Positions 37,329 through 56,391 of a stretch of DNA of 64,000 nucleotides are shown here, one piece after another; position 1 is the stretch's first letter, and every line of letters starts with the position of its first letter. This DNA comes from the human T2T-CHM13v2.0 reference genome, Homo sapiens. The notes under the pieces are model-generated. The model searched no databases and had not been told where the DNA came from. It worked only from the letters and a program-made list of their open reading frames with translations. The position numbers were made by a program, and so were the translations under genes. The stretch lies in the NCBI RefSeq assembly GCF_009914755.1, contig NC_060948.1. The stretch is one strand, 5' to 3'.

Positions 37329-39456
37329 AGATCCATATTTTTTAAAGGAAAAAAAATTTCAAAGGTACTCTGCTTGGTACAATAATCAAATGTATAAACT
37401 GAGGAATAAAACATAACCATGAAACCTACTTATAACTGCATATGGAAAATACAGAGGATAATTTTTTAAATAACATATTTTGAAAGCCTTAACTAGTAAT
37501 TTGAAGAGTTGGCATTTGAAAGGCCAGTATGAATATACCTTCAAAGCAGCAACACAGGTTCCCCATGAGAAAAAGCAAAGTCAGGGAAAATAAAACCACA
37601 AAGGTTCAATCTCTTCTGACCTTTGAAAGACACAGCACAGACAGTGGTCCTTAGGACGAAGAGCAGGAGACCCCTAATTCCGTCACCATGGCGATAGGGC
37701 ATAAACATTGCTGGGTGAGGGCACAATCCACATTGTGAGGTCCAACTGCTGCCAGGAAGACAGGAGTGCTTTTACATAGACCGAAAGGTCATTGAAGGCT
37801 CAGAGTTTTGTTTCAAGAACTGAATCCCAAGCCCACACGTTATTAGGCTGCGCTTCTTAAAACAACTTATGAGATGGGAAAAAGGGCACCCACAAACATA
37901 TGTATACATTATGTATATAATAATATACAGTATCATATATATAATATATATAACCTATGTATAATATTGTTTTACATCCTGCATCTTATACTATATATAT
38001 TGTATAAAATATAATAATTGATAACATATAAGTTTTATATTTATACATTATGACATATAGTATATATTATAATTTATGACGTATATAATATATGTTATAT
38101 ATCATATATAGAATATATTATACGGTTAATATATGTATTAAATATAAATTATACATTATATATATTATATATAATATATCTGTTATATATAATAAACATT
38201 ATGCATAATATATATATTATGTCTATGTTATATATAGTATAAAACAACATATAATAATATATAATTGTATATATAAAATGCGACATATAATATATATTAT
38301 ATTTTATGACACATGTAATATATATTATATATTATATATAATACGTTGTATGTATAATACCTATATTAAATATATATTATATGACTATGTTATTAATTAC
38401 ATGTCACATATGTTATATATTATATATTTTACATAGAATATACCGGTTACATACAATATATACTATGTTACCTACAATGTATAATTGATTACATGTAAAA
38501 TAATGAATGCAATATATTATGTATAATTTATAATATACAATATGTGGAATGTGATATATATAACATATATTATATGATATATGATATACAGTATATGATA
38601 TATAACATACAATATATGATACCTAATATATATGGTATACAATATATATTTTATGATATGTATTCTCTATGTTTTATATTCTGTTATATATAACTATTTG
38701 AAATTATATATAACTGTATAATATTTTATGTAAATATGTAATATAATATATATAACTATATAATATATTATATATAACTATATATTATGTTATATATACT
38801 TTCATAACATAATTTACATAAAATGTCATAATATAATATATATTATATTATTTCATATTACATAATATATATTACATATCACCCAACATAAGTAACATAC
38901 ATAATATTATATTATAGATTATATTATATTATATTAAATATCATATATATCATGTATCATATATTCTAAAATATATATTACACATTATATAATATGTATG
39001 TTGTCTATTATGTGATATATATAACTGTATATATAATTATATTATTATACATATAACTAGATAAACATGTAATTCTACATGTTTTCATTTATAATATATA
39101 GAATTATATAATCATATATAATTATTTAAATTCTATAAAAAATTATATCATTATATAAATTATAATATATAAAAATTATAATATGTACTACAAATATATA
39201 TATTATATATCATATATGATATAGTACCTTTGTTTTATATCATAATACATATAAATGTGTATTATGTTATGTATAATTATATAATTTCATATATAAGATG
39301 TATAATATGTATTATATATTATACATGTTATGTAATATATATAGTATATATAAGATGACACAGGATAAATATTATATACTATGACATATAAAATATATGA
39401 GGTTATATGTTACATATAAGGCATAGCACATAAGATGTAATATATACCATATATAA

Positions 39457-39748
39457 TTTTTTTTTAGACAGAGTCTTGTCCTGTTGCACAGGGTGGGGTT
39501 CAATGGCGCCAACTTTGCTCACTGCAACATCTGCCTCACGGGTCCAAGCGATTGTCCTCCCTCAGCCTCCCAGGTAGCTGGGACTACACCACACTGGGAC
39601 TACACCAGCTGCCACCATGCCTAGCTAATTTTTTGGATTTTTAGTAGTGACAGCGTTTCACTGTATTGGCCAGGATGGTCTTGATCTCTTCACCTTGTGA
39701 TCCCCTTGCCTTGCCCTCCAAATTTGCTGGGATTACAGGCCTGAGCCA
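39457..39748 (-). mobile_element. Alu copy, U17
   Basis: Same Alu motifs; near-identical to U18. Confidence 0.92.
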
Positions 39749-41876
39749 AGATCCATATTTTTTAAATGAAAAAAAATTTTAAAGGTACTCTGCTTGGTAC
39801 AATAATCAAATGTATAAACTGAGGAATAAAACATAACCATGAAACCTACTTATAACTGCATATGGAAAATACAGAGGATAATTTTTTAAATAACATATTT
39901 CGAAAGCCTTAACTAGTAATTTGAAGAGTTGGCATTTGAAAGGCCAGTATGAATATACCTTCAAAGCAGCAACACAGGTTCCCCATGAGAAACAGCAAAC
40001 TCAGGGAAAATAAAACCACAAAGGTTCAATCTCTTCTGACCTTTGAAAGACACAGCACAGACAGTGGTCCTTAGGACGAAGAGCAGGAGACCCCTAATTC
40101 CGTCACCATGGCGATAGGGCATAAACATTGCTGGGTGAGGGCACAATCCACATTGAGAGGTCCAACTGCTGCCAGGAAGACAGGAGTGCTTTTACATAGA
40201 CCGAAAGGTCATTGAAGGCTCAGAGTTTTGTTTCAAGAACTGAATCCCAAGCCCACACGTTATTACGCTGCGCTTCTTAAAACAAGTTGTGAGATGGGAA
40301 AAAGGGCACCCACAAACATACGTATACATTATGTATATAATAATATACAGTATCATATATATAATATATATAACCTATGTATAATATTGTTTTACATCCT
40401 GCATCTTATATTATATATATTGTATAAAATATAATATTTGATAATATATAAGTTTTATATTTATACAATATGACATATAGTATATATTATAATTTATGAC
40501 ATATATAATATATGTTATATATCATATATAGAATATATTATACGGTTAATATACGTATTAAATATAAATTATACATTATATATATTATATATAATATATC
40601 TGTTATATATAATACCCATTATGCATAATATATATATTATGTCTATGTTATATATAGTATAAAACAACATATAATAATATATAATTGTATATATAAAATG
40701 CGACATATAATATATATTATATTTTATGACATATGTAATATATATTATATATTATATATAATACGTTGTATGTATAATACCTATATTAAATATATATTAT
40801 ATGACTATGTTATTAATTACATGTCACATATGTTATATATTATATATTTTACATAGAATATACCGGTTACATACAATATATACTATGTTACCTACAATGT
40901 ATAATTGATTACATGTAAAATAATGAATGCAATATATTATGTATAATTTATAATATACAATATGTGGAATGTGATATATATAACATATATTATATGATAT
41001 ATGATATACAGTATATGATATATAACATACAATATATGATACCTAATATATATGGTATACAATATATATTTTATGATATGTATTCTCTATGTTTTATATT
41101 CTGTTATATATAACTATTTGAAATTATATATAACTGTATAATATTTTATGTAAATATGTAATATAATATATATAACTATATAATATATTATATATAACTA
41201 TATATTATGTTATATATACTTTCATAACATAATTTACATAAAATGTCATAATATAATATATATTATATTATTTCATATTACATAATATATATTACATATC
41301 ACCCAACATAAGTAACATACATAATATTATATTATAGATTATATTATATTATATTAAATATCATATATATCATGTATCATATATTCTAAAATATATATTA
41401 CACATTATATAATATGTATGTTGTCTATTATGTGATATATATAACTGTATATATAATTATATTATTATACATATAACTAGATAAACATGTAATTCTACAT
41501 GTTTTCATTTATAATATATAGAATTATATAATCATATATAATTATTTATATTCTATAAAAAATTATATCATTATATAAATTATAATATATAAAAATTATA
41601 ATATGTACTACAAATATATATATTATATATCTTATATGATATAGTACCTTTGTTATATATCATAATACATATAAATGTGTATTATGTTATCTATAATTAT
41701 ATAATTTCATATATAAGATGTATAATATGTATTATATATTATACATGTTATGTAATATATATAGTATATATAAGATGACACAGGATAAATATTATATACT
41801 ATGACATATAAAATATATGAGGTTATATGTTACATATAAGGCATAGCACATAACATGTAATATATACCATATATAA

Positions 41877-42168
41877 TTTTTTTTTAGACAGAGTCTTGTC
41901 CTGTTGCAAAGGGTGGGGTTCAATGGCGCCAACTTTGCTCACTGCAACATCTGCCTCACGGGTCCAAGCGATTGTCCTCCCTCAGCCTCCCAGGTAGCTG
42001 GGACTACACCACACTGGGACTACACCAGCTGCCACCATGCCTAGCTAATTTTTTGGATTTTTAGTAGTGACAGCGTTTCACTGTATTGGCCAGGATGGTC
42101 TTGATCTCTTCACCTTGTGATCCCCTTGCCTTGCCCTCCAAATTTGCTGGGATTACAGGCCTGAGCCA
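41877..42168 (-). mobile_element. Alu copy, U18
   Basis: Same Alu motifs; near-identical to U17. Confidence 0.92.
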
Positions 42169-44273
42169 AGATCCATATTTTTTAAATGAAAAAAAATTTT
42201 AAAGGTACTCTGCTTGGTACAATAATCAAATGTATAAACTGAGGAATAAAACATAACCATGAAACCTACTTATAACTGCATATGGAAAATACAGAGGATA
42301 ATTTTTTAAATAACATATTTCGAAAGCCTTAACTAGTAATTTGAAGAGTTGGCATTTGAAAGGCCAGTATGAATATACCTTCAAAGCAGCAACACAGGTT
42401 CCCCATGAGAAACAGCAAACTCAGGGAAAATAAAACCACAAAGGTTCAATCTCTTCTGACCTTTGAAAGACACAGCACAGACAGTGGTCCTTAGGACGAA
42501 GAGCAGGAGACCCCTAATTCCGTCACCATGGCGATAGGGCATAAACATTGCTGGGTGAGGGCACAATCCACATTGAGAGGTCCAACTGCTGCCAGGAAGA
42601 CAGGAGTGCTTTTACATAGACCGAAAGGTCATTGAAGGCTCAGAGTTTTGTTTCAAGAACTGAATCCCAAGCCCACACGTTATTAGGCTGCGCTTCTTAA
42701 AACAAGTTGTGAGATGGGAAAAAGGGCACCCACAAACATACGTATACATTATGTATATAATAATATACAGTATCATATATATAATATATATAACCTATGT
42801 ATAATATTGTTTTACATCCTGCATCTTATATTATATATATTGTATAAAATATAATAATTGATAATATATAAGTTTTATATTTATACAATATGACATATAG
42901 TATATATTATAATTTATGACATATATAATATATGTTATATATCATATATAAAATATATTATACGGTTAATATACGTATTAAATATAAATTATACATTATA
43001 TATATTATATATAATATATCTGTTATATATAATACCCATTATGCATAATATATATATTATGTCTATGTTATATATAGTATAATACAACATATAATAATAT
43101 ATAATTGTATATATAAAATGCGACATATAATATATATTATATTTTATGACATATGTAATATATATTATATATTATATATAATACGTTGTATGTATAATAC
43201 CTATATTAAATATATATTATATGACTATGTTATTAATTACATGTCACATATGTTATATATTATATATTTTACATAGAATATACCGGTTACATACAATATA
43301 TACTATGTTACCTACAATGTATAATTGATTACATGTAAAATAATGAATGCAATATATTATGTATAATTTATAATATACAATATGTGGAATGTGATATATA
43401 TAACATATATTATATGATATATGATATACAGTATATGATATATAACATACAATATATGATACCTAATATATATGGTATACAATATATGTTTTATGATATG
43501 TATTCTCTATGTTTTATATTCTGTTATATATAACTATTTGAAATTATATATAACTGTATAATATTTTATGTAAATATGTAATATAATATATATAACTATA
43601 TAATATATTATATATAACTATATATTATGTTATATATACTTTCATAACATAATTTACATAAAATGTCATAATATAATATATATTATATTATTTCATATTA
43701 CATAATATATATTACATATCACCCAACATAAGTAACATACATAATATTATATTATAGATTATATTATGTTATATTAAATATCATATATATCATGTATCAT
43801 ATATTCTAAAATATATATTACACATTATATAATATGTATTTTGTCTATTATGTGATATATATAACTATATATATAATTATATTATTATACATATAACTAG
43901 ATAAACATGTAATTCTACATGTTTTCATTTATAATATATAGAATTATATAATCATATATAATTATTTATATTCTATAAAAAATTATATCATTATATAAAT
44001 TATAATATATAAAAATTATAATATGTACTACAAATATATATATTATATATCATATATGATATAGTACCTTTGTTATATATCATAATACATATAAATGTGT
44101 ATTATGTTATCTATAATTATATAATTTCATATATAAGATATATAATATGTATTATATATTATACATGTTATGTAATATATATAGTATATATAAGATGACA
44201 CAGGATAAATATTATATACTATGACATATAAAATATATGAGGTTATATGTTACATATAAGGCATAGCACATAA

Positions 44274-44588
<315 letters not shown>

Positions 44589-46716
44589 AGATCCATATTT
44601 TATAAATGAAAAAAAATTTCAAAGGTACTCTGCTTGGTACAATAATCAAATGTATAAACTGAGGAATAAAACATAACCATGAAACCTACTTATAACTGCA
44701 TATGGAAAATACAGAGGATAATTTTTTAAATAACATATTTTGAAAGCCTTAACTAGTAATTTGAAAAGTTGGCATTTGAAAGGCCTGTATGAATATACCT
44801 TCAAAGCAGCAACACAGGTTCCCCATGAGAAAAAGCAAACTCAGGGAAAATGAAACCACAACGGTTCAATCTCTTCTGACCTTTGAAAGACACAGCACAG
44901 ACAGTGGTCCTTAGGACGAAGAGCAGGAGACCCCTAATTCCGTCACCATGGCGATAGGGCATAAACATTGCTGGGTGAGGGCACAATCCACATTGTGAGG
45001 TCCAACTGCTGCCAGGAAGACAGGAGTGCTTTTACATAGACCGAAAGGTCATTGAAGGCTCAGAGTTTTGTTTCAAGAACTGAATCCCAAGCCCACACGT
45101 TATTAGGCTGCGCTTCTTAAAACAAGTTATGAGATGGGAAAAAGGGCACCCACAAACATACGTATACATTATGTATATAATAATATAGAGTATCATATAT
45201 ATAATATATATAACCTATGTATAATATTGTTTTACATCCTGCATCTTATATTATATATATTGTATAAAATATAATAATTGATAATATATAAGTTTTATAT
45301 TTATACATTAAGACATATACTATATATTATAATTTATGACGTATATAATATATGTTATATATCATATACAGAATATATTATACGGTTAATATATGTATTA
45401 AATATAAATTATACATTATATATATTATATATAGTATATCTGCTATATATAATACCCATTATGCATAATATATATATTATGTCTATGTTATATATAGTAT
45501 AAAACAACACATAATAATATATAATTGTAGATATAAAATGCGACATAAAATATATATTATATTTTATGACATATATAATATATATTATATATTATATATA
45601 ATACGTTGTATGTATAATGCCTATATTAAATATATATTATATGACTATGTTATTAATTACATGTCACATGTGTTATATATTATATATTTTACATAGAATA
45701 TACCGGTTACATACAATATATACTATGTTACCTACAATGTATAATTGATTACATGTAAAATAAAGAATGCAATATATTATGTATAATTTATAATATACAA
45801 TATGTGGAATGTGATATATATAACATATATTATATGATATATGATATACAGTATATGATATATAACATACAATATATGATACCTAATATATATGGTATAC
45901 AATATATATTTTATGATATGTATTCTATATGTTATATATTCTGTTATTTATAACTATTTGAAATTATATATAACTGTATAATATTTTAGGTAAATATGTA
46001 ATATACTATATATAACTATATAATATATTATATATAACTATATATTATGTTATATATACTTTTATAACATAATTTACATAAAATATCATAATATAATATA
46101 TATTATATTATTTCATATTACATAATATATATTACATATCACCCAATATAAGTAACATACATAATATTATAATATAGATTATATTATGTTATATTAAATA
46201 TCATATATATCATGTATCATATATTCTATAATATATATGATACATTATATAATATGTATGTTGTCTATTATGTGATATATATAACTATATATATAATTAT
46301 ATTATTATACATATTACTAGATAAACATGTAATTCTACATATTTTCATTTATAATATATAGAATTATATAATCATATATAATTATTTATATTCTATAAAA
46401 AATTATATCATTATATAAATTATAATATATAAAAATTATAATATGTACTACAAATATATATATTATATATCATATATGATATAGTACCTTTGTTATATAT
46501 CATAATACATATAAATGTGTATTATGTTATCTATAATTATATAATTTCATATATAAGATGTATAATATGTATTATATATTATACATGTTATGTAATATAT
46601 ATGGTATATATAAGATGACACAGGATAAATATTATATACTATGACATATAAAATATATGAGGTTATATGTTACATATAAGGCATAGCACATAACATGTAA
46701 TATATATCATATATAA

Positions 46717-47008
46717 TTTTTTTTTAGACAGAGTCTTGTCCTGTTGCACAGGGTGGGGTACAATGGCGCCAACTTTGCTCACTGCAACATCTGCCTCATG
46801 GGTCCAAGCGATTGTCCTCCCTCAGCCTCCCAGGTAGCTGGGACTACACCACACTGGGACTACACCAGCTGCCACCATGCCTAGCTAATTTTTTGGATTT
46901 TTAGTAGTGACAGCGTTTCACTGTATTGGCCAGGATGGTCTTGATCTCTTCACCTTGTGATCCCCTTGCCTTGGCCTCCAAATTTGCTTGGATTACAGGC
47001 CTGAGCCA
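46717..47008 (-). mobile_element. Alu copy, U20
   Basis: Same Alu motifs as U1. Confidence 0.92.
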
Positions 47009-49112
47009 AGATCCATATTTTTAAATGAAAAAAAATTTCAAAGGTACTCTGCTTGGTACAATAATCAAATGTATAAACTGAGGAATAAAACATAACCATG
47101 AAACCTACTTATAACTGCATATGGAAAATACAGAGGATAATTTTTTAAATAACATATTTTGAAAGCCTTAACTAGTAATTTGAAGAGTTGGCATTTGAAA
47201 GGCCAGTATGAATATACCTTCAAAGCAGCAACACAGGTTCCCCATGAGAAAAAGCAAAGTCAGGGAAAATAAAACCACAAAGGTTCAATCTCTTCTGACC
47301 TTTGAAAGACACAGCACAGACAGTGGTCCTTAGGACGAAGAGCAGGAGACCCCTAATTCCGTCACCATGGCGATAGGGCATGAACATTGCTGGGTGAGGG
47401 CACAATCCACATTGTGAGGTCCAACTGCTGCCAGGAAGACAGGAGTGCTTTTACATAGACCAAAAGGTCATTGAAGGCTCAGAGTTTTGTTTCAAGAACT
47501 GAATCCCAAGCCCACACGTTATTAGGCTGCGCTTCCTAAAACAAGTTGTGAGATGGGAAAAACGGCACCCACAAACATACGTATACATTATGTATATAAT
47601 AATATACAGTATCATATATATAATATATATAACCTATGTATAATATTGTTTTACATCCTGCATCTTATATTATATATATTGTATAAAATATAATAATTGA
47701 TAATATATAAATTTTTTATTTATACAATATGACATATAGTATATATTATAATTTATGACATATATAATATATGTTATATATCATATATAGAATATATTAT
47801 ACGGTTAATATACGTATTAAATATAAATTATACATTATATATATTATATATAATATATCTGTTATATATAATACCCATTATGCATAATATATATATTATG
47901 TCTATGTTATATATAGTATAAAACAACACATAATAATATATAGTTGTATATATAAAATGCGACATAAAATATATATTATATTTTATGACATATGTAATAT
48001 ATATTATATATTATATATAATACGTTGTATGTATAATACCTATATTAAATATATATTATATGACTATGTTATTAATTACATGTCCCATGTGTTATATATT
48101 ATATATTTTACATAGAATATACCGGTTACATACAATATATACTATGTTACCTACAATGTATAATTGATTACATGTAAAATATTGAATGTAATATATTATG
48201 TATAATTTATAATATACAATATGTGGAATGTGATATATATAACATATATTATATGATATATGATATACAGTATATGATATATAACATACAATATATGATA
48301 CCTAATATATACGGTATACAATATATATTTTATGATATGTATTCTCTATGTTTTATATTCTGTTATATATAACTATTTGAAATTATATATAACTGTATAA
48401 TATTTTATGTAAATATGTAATATAATATATATAACTATATAATATATTATATATAACTCTATATTATGTTATATATACTTTTATAACATAATTTACGTAA
48501 AATATCATAATACAATATATATTATATTATTTCATATTACATAATATATATTACATATCACCCAACATAAGTAACATACATAATATTATAATATAGATTA
48601 TATTATGTTATATTAAATATCATATATATCATGTATCATATATTCTATAATATATATTACACATTAAATAATAAGTATTTTGTCTATTATGTGATATATA
48701 TAACTATATATATAATTATATTATTATACATATAACTAGATAAACATGTAATTCTACATATTTTCATTTATAATATATAGAATTATATAATCATATATAA
48801 TTTTTTATATTCTATAAAAAATTATATCATTATATAAATTATAATATATAAAAATTATAATATGTACTACAAATATATATATTATATATCATATATGATA
48901 TAGTACCTTTGTTATATATCATAATACATATAAATGTGTATTATGTTATCTATAATTATATAGTTTCATATATAAGATGTATAATATGTATCATATATTA
49001 TATATGTTATGTAATATATATAGTATATATAAGATGACACAGGATAAATATTATATACTATGACATATAAAATATATGAGGTTATATGTTACATATAAGG
49101 CATAGCACATAA

Positions 49113-49427
<315 letters not shown>

Positions 49428-51531
49428 AGATCCATATTTTTTAAATGAAAAAAAATTTCAAAGGTACTCTGCTTGGTACAATAATCAAATATATAAACTG
49501 AGGAATAAAACATAACCATGAAACCTACTTATAACTGCATATGGAAAATACAGAGGATAATTTTTTAAATAACATATTTTGAAAGCCTTAACTAGTAATT
49601 TGAAGAGTTGGCATTTGAAAGGCCAGTATGAATATACCTTCAAAGCAGCAACACAGGTTCCCCATGAGAAAAAGCAAAGTCAGGGAAAATAAAACCACAA
49701 AGGTTCAATCTCTTCTGACCTTTGAAAGACACAGCACAGACAGTGGTCCTTAGGACGAAGAGCAGGAGACCCCTAATTCCGTCACCATGGCGATAGGGCA
49801 TAAACATTGCTGGGTGAGGGCACAATCCACATTGTGAGGTCCAACTGCTGCCAGGAAGACAGGAGTGCTTTTACATAGACCGAAAGGTCATTGAAGGCTC
49901 AGAGTTTTGTTTCAAGAACTGAATCCCAAGCCCACACGTTATTAGGCTGCGCTTCTTAAAACAACTTATGAGATGGGAAAAAGGGCACCCACAAACATAC
50001 GTATACATTATGTATATAATAATATACAGTATCATATATATAATATATATAACCTATGTATAATATTGTTTTACATCCTGCATCTTATACTATATATATT
50101 GTATAAAATATAATAATTGATAATATATAAGTTTTATATTTATACAATATGACATATAGTATATATTATAATTTATGACATATATAATATATGTTATATA
50201 TCATATATAGAATATATTATACGGTTAATATACGTATTAAATATAAATTATACATTATATATATTATATAAAATATATCTATTATATATAATACCCATTA
50301 TGCATAATATATATATTATATCTATGTTATCTATAGTATAAAACAACACGTAATAATATATAATTGTATATATAAAATGTGACATATAATATATATTATA
50401 TTTTATGACATATGTAATATATATTATCTATTATATATAATACGTTGTATGTATAATACCTATATTAAATATATATTATATGACTATGTTATTAATTACA
50501 TGTCACATATGTTATATATTATATATTTTACATGGAATATACCGGTAACATACAATATATACTATGTTACCTATAATGTATAATTGATTACATGTGAAAC
50601 AAAGAATGCAATATATTATGTATAATTTATAATATACAATATGTGGAATGTGATATATATAACATATAATATATGATATATGATATACAGTATATGATAT
50701 ATAACATACAATATATGATACCTAATATATATGGTATACAATATATATTTTATGATATGTATTCTATATGTTTTATATTCTGTTATATATAACTATTTGA
50801 AATTATATATAACTGTATAACATTTTATGTAAATATGTAATATAATATATATTACTATATAATATATTATATATAATTATATATTATGTTATATATAAAT
50901 TCATAACATAATTTACATAAAATGTCATAATATAATATATATTATATTATTTCGTATTACATAATATATATTACATATCACCCAACATAAGTAACATACA
51001 TAATATTATAATATAGATTATATTATATTATATTAAATATCATATATATCATGTATCATATATTCTAAAATATATATTACACATTATATAATATGTATGT
51101 TGTCTATTATGTGATATATATAACTATATATATAATTATATTATTATACATATAACTAGATAAACATGTACTTCTACATATTTTCATTTATAATATGTAG
51201 AATTATATAATCATATATAATTATTTATATTCTAAAAAAATTATATCATTATATAAATTATAATATAAAAAATTTATAATATGTACTACAAATATATATA
51301 TTATATATCATATATGATATAGTACCTTTGTTATATATCATATTACATATAAATGTGTATTATGATATCTATAATTATATAATTTCATATATAAGATGTA
51401 TAATATGTATTATATATTGTATATGTTATGTAATATATATAGTATATATAAGATGACACAGGATAAATATTATATACTATGACATATAAAATATACGAGG
51501 TTATATGTTACATATAAGGCATAGCACATAA

Positions 51532-51847
<316 letters not shown>

Positions 51848-53950
51848 AGATCCATATTTTTTAAATGAAAAAAAATTTCAAAGGTACTCTGCTTGGTACA
51901 ATAATCAAATGTATATACTGAGGAATAAAACATAACCATGAAACATACTTATAACTGCATATGGAAATTACAGAGGATAATTTTTTAAATAACATATTTT
52001 GAAAGCCTTAACTAGTAATTTGAAGAGTTGGCATTTGAAAGGCCAGTATGAATATACCTCCAAAGCAGCAACAGAGGTTCCCCATGAGAAAAAACAGACA
52101 CAGGGAAAATAAAACCAAAAAGGTTCAATCTCTTCTGATCTTTGAAAGACGCAGCACAGACAGTGGTCCTTAGGACGAAGAGCAGGAGACCCCTAATTCC
52201 GTCACCATGGCGATAGGGCATAAACATTGCTGGGTGAGGGCACAATCCACATTGTGAGGTCCAACTGCTGCCAGGAAGACAGGAGTGCTTTTACATAGAC
52301 CGAAAGGTCATTGAAGGCTCAGAGTTTTGTTTCAAGAACTGAATCCCAAGCCCACACGTTATTAGGCTGCGATTCTTAAAACAAGTTATGAGATGGGAAA
52401 AAGGGCACCCACAAACATACGTATACATTATGTATATAATAATATAGAGTATCATATATATAATATATATAACCTATGTATAATATTGTTTTACATCCTG
52501 CATCTTATACTATATATATTGTATAAAATATAATAATTGATAATATATAAGTTTTATATTTATACAATATGACATATAGTATATATTATAATTTATGACA
52601 TATATATTATATGTTATATATCATATATAGAATATATTATACGGTTAATATACGAATTATATATAAATTATATATTATATACATTATATATAATATATCT
52701 GTTATATATAATACCCATTATGCATAATATATATATTATGTCTATGTTATATATAGTATAAAACAACATATAATAATATATAATTGTATATATAAAATGT
52801 GACATATAATATATATTATATTTTATGACATATGTAATATATATTATATATTATATATAATACGTTGTATGTATAATACCTATATTAAATATATATGATA
52901 TGACTATATTATTAATTACATGTGACATGTGTTACATATTATATATTTTACATAGAATATACCGGTTACATACAATATATACTATGTTACCTACAATGTA
53001 TAATTTATTACATGTAAAATAAAGAATGCAATATATTATGTATAATTTGTAATATACAATATGTGGAATGTGATATATATAACATATAATATATGATATA
53101 TGATATACAGTATATGATATATAACATACAATATATGATACCTAATATATATGGTATACAATATATATTTTATGATATGTATTCTATATGTTTTATATTC
53201 TGTTATATATAACTATTTGAAATTATACATAACTGTATAATATTTTATGTAAATATGTAATATAATATATAACTATATAATATATTATATATAACTATAT
53301 ATTATGTTATATATACTTTTATAACATAATTTACATAAAATATCATAATATAATATATATTATATTATTTCATATTACATAATATATATTACATATCACC
53401 CAACATAAGTAACATACATAATATTATAATATAGATTATATTATGATATATTAAATATCATATATATAATGTATCATATATTCTATAATATATATTACAC
53501 ATTATATAGTATGCATGTTGTCTATTATGTGATATATATAACTATATATATAATTATATTATTATACATATAACTAGATAAACATGTAATTCTACAGATT
53601 TTCATTTATAATATATAGAATTATATAATCATATATAATTATTTATATTCTATAAAAAATTATATCATTATATAAATTATTATATATAAAAATTATATTA
53701 TGTACTACAATTATATATATTATATATCATATATGATATAGTACCTTTGTTATATATCATAATACATATAAATGTGTATTATGTTATCTATAATTATATA
53801 ATTTCATATATAAGATGTATAATATGTATCATATATTATATATGTTATGTAATATATATAGTATATATAAGCTGACACAGGATAAATATTATATACTATG
53901 ACATATAAAATATATGAGGTTATATGTTACATATAAGGCATAGCACATAA

Positions 53951-54265
<315 letters not shown>

Positions 54266-56391
54266 AGATCCATATTTTTTAAATGAAAAACAATTTCAAA
54301 GGTACTCTGCTTGGTACAATAATCAAATGTATAAACTGAGGAATAAAACATAACCATGAAACCTACTTATAACTGCATATGGAAAATACAGAGGATAATT
54401 TTTTAAATAACATATTTTGAAAGCCTTAACTAGTAATTTGAAGGGTTGGCATTTGAAAGGCCAGTATGAATATACCTTCAAAGCAGCAACACAGGTTCCC
54501 CATGAGAAAAAGCAAACTCAGGGAAAATAAAACCACAAAGGTTCAATCTCTTCTGACCTTTGAAAGACACAGCACAGACAGTGGTCCTTAGGACGAAGAG
54601 CAGGAGACCCCTAATTCCGTCACCATGGCGATAGGGCATAAACATTGCTGGGTGAGGGCACAATCCACATTGTGAGGTCCAACTGCTGCCAGGAAGACAG
54701 GACTGCTTTTACATAGACCGAAACGTCATTGAAGGCTCAGAGATTTGTTTCAAGAACTGAATCCCAAGCCCACACGTTATTAGGCTGCGCTTCTTAAAAC
54801 AAGTTATGAGATGGGAAAAAGGGCACCCACAAACATACGTATACATTATGTATATAATAATATACAGTATCATATATATAATATACATAACCTATGTATA
54901 ATATTGTTTTACATCCTGCATCTTATATTATATATATTGTATAAAATATAATACTTGATAATATATAAGTTTTATATTTATACAATATGACATATAGTAT
55001 ATATTATAATTTATGACATATATAATATATGTTATATATCATATATAGAATATATTATACGGTTAATATACGTATTAAATATAAATTATACATTATATAT
55101 ATTATATATAATATATCTGTTATATATAATACCCATTATGCATAATATATATATTATGTCTACGTTATATATAGTATAAAACAACATATAATAATATATA
55201 ATTGTATATATAAAATGCGACATATAATATATATTATATTTTATGACATATGTAATATATATTATACAGTATATATAATACGTTGTATGTATAATACCTA
55301 TATTAAATATATATTATATGACTATGTTATTAATTACATGTCACATGTGTTACATATTATATATTTTACATAGAATATACCGGTTACATACAATATATAC
55401 TATGTTACCTACAATGTATAATTTATTACATGTAAAATAAAGAATGCAATATATTATGTATAATTTATAATATACAATATGTGGAATGTGATATATATAA
55501 TATATAATATATGATATATGATATACAGTATATGATATATAACATACAATATATGATACCTAATACATATGGTATACAATATATATTTCATGATATGAAT
55601 TCTATATGTTTTATATTCTGTTATATATAACTATTTGAAATTATATATAACTGTATAATATTTTATGTAAATATGTAATATAATATATAACTATATAATA
55701 TATTATATGTAACTATATATTATGTTATATATACTTTTATAACATAATTTACATAAAATATCATAATATAATATATATTATATTATTTCATATTACATAA
55801 TATATATTACATATCACCCAATATAAGTAACATACATAATAGTATAATATAGATAATATTATGTTATATTAAATATCATATATATCATGTATCATATATT
55901 CTATAATACATATTACACATTATATAATATGTATGTTGTCTATTATGTGATATATATAACTATATATATAATTATATTATTATACATATAACTAGATAAA
56001 CATATAATTCTACATATTTTCATTTATGATATATAGAATTATATAATCATATATAATTATTTATATTCTATAAAAAATTATGTCATTATATAAATTATAA
56101 TAAATAAAAATTATAATATGTACTACAAATATATATATTATATATCATATATGATATAGTACCTTTGTTATATATCATAATACATATAAATGTGTATTAT
56201 GTTATCTATAATTATATAATTTCATATATAAGATGTATAATATGTATCATATATTATATATGTTATGTAGTATATATAGTATATATAAGATGACACAGGA
56301 TAAATATTATATACTATGACATATAAAACATATGAGGTTATATGTTACATATAAGGCATAGCACATAACATGTAATATATATCATATATAA

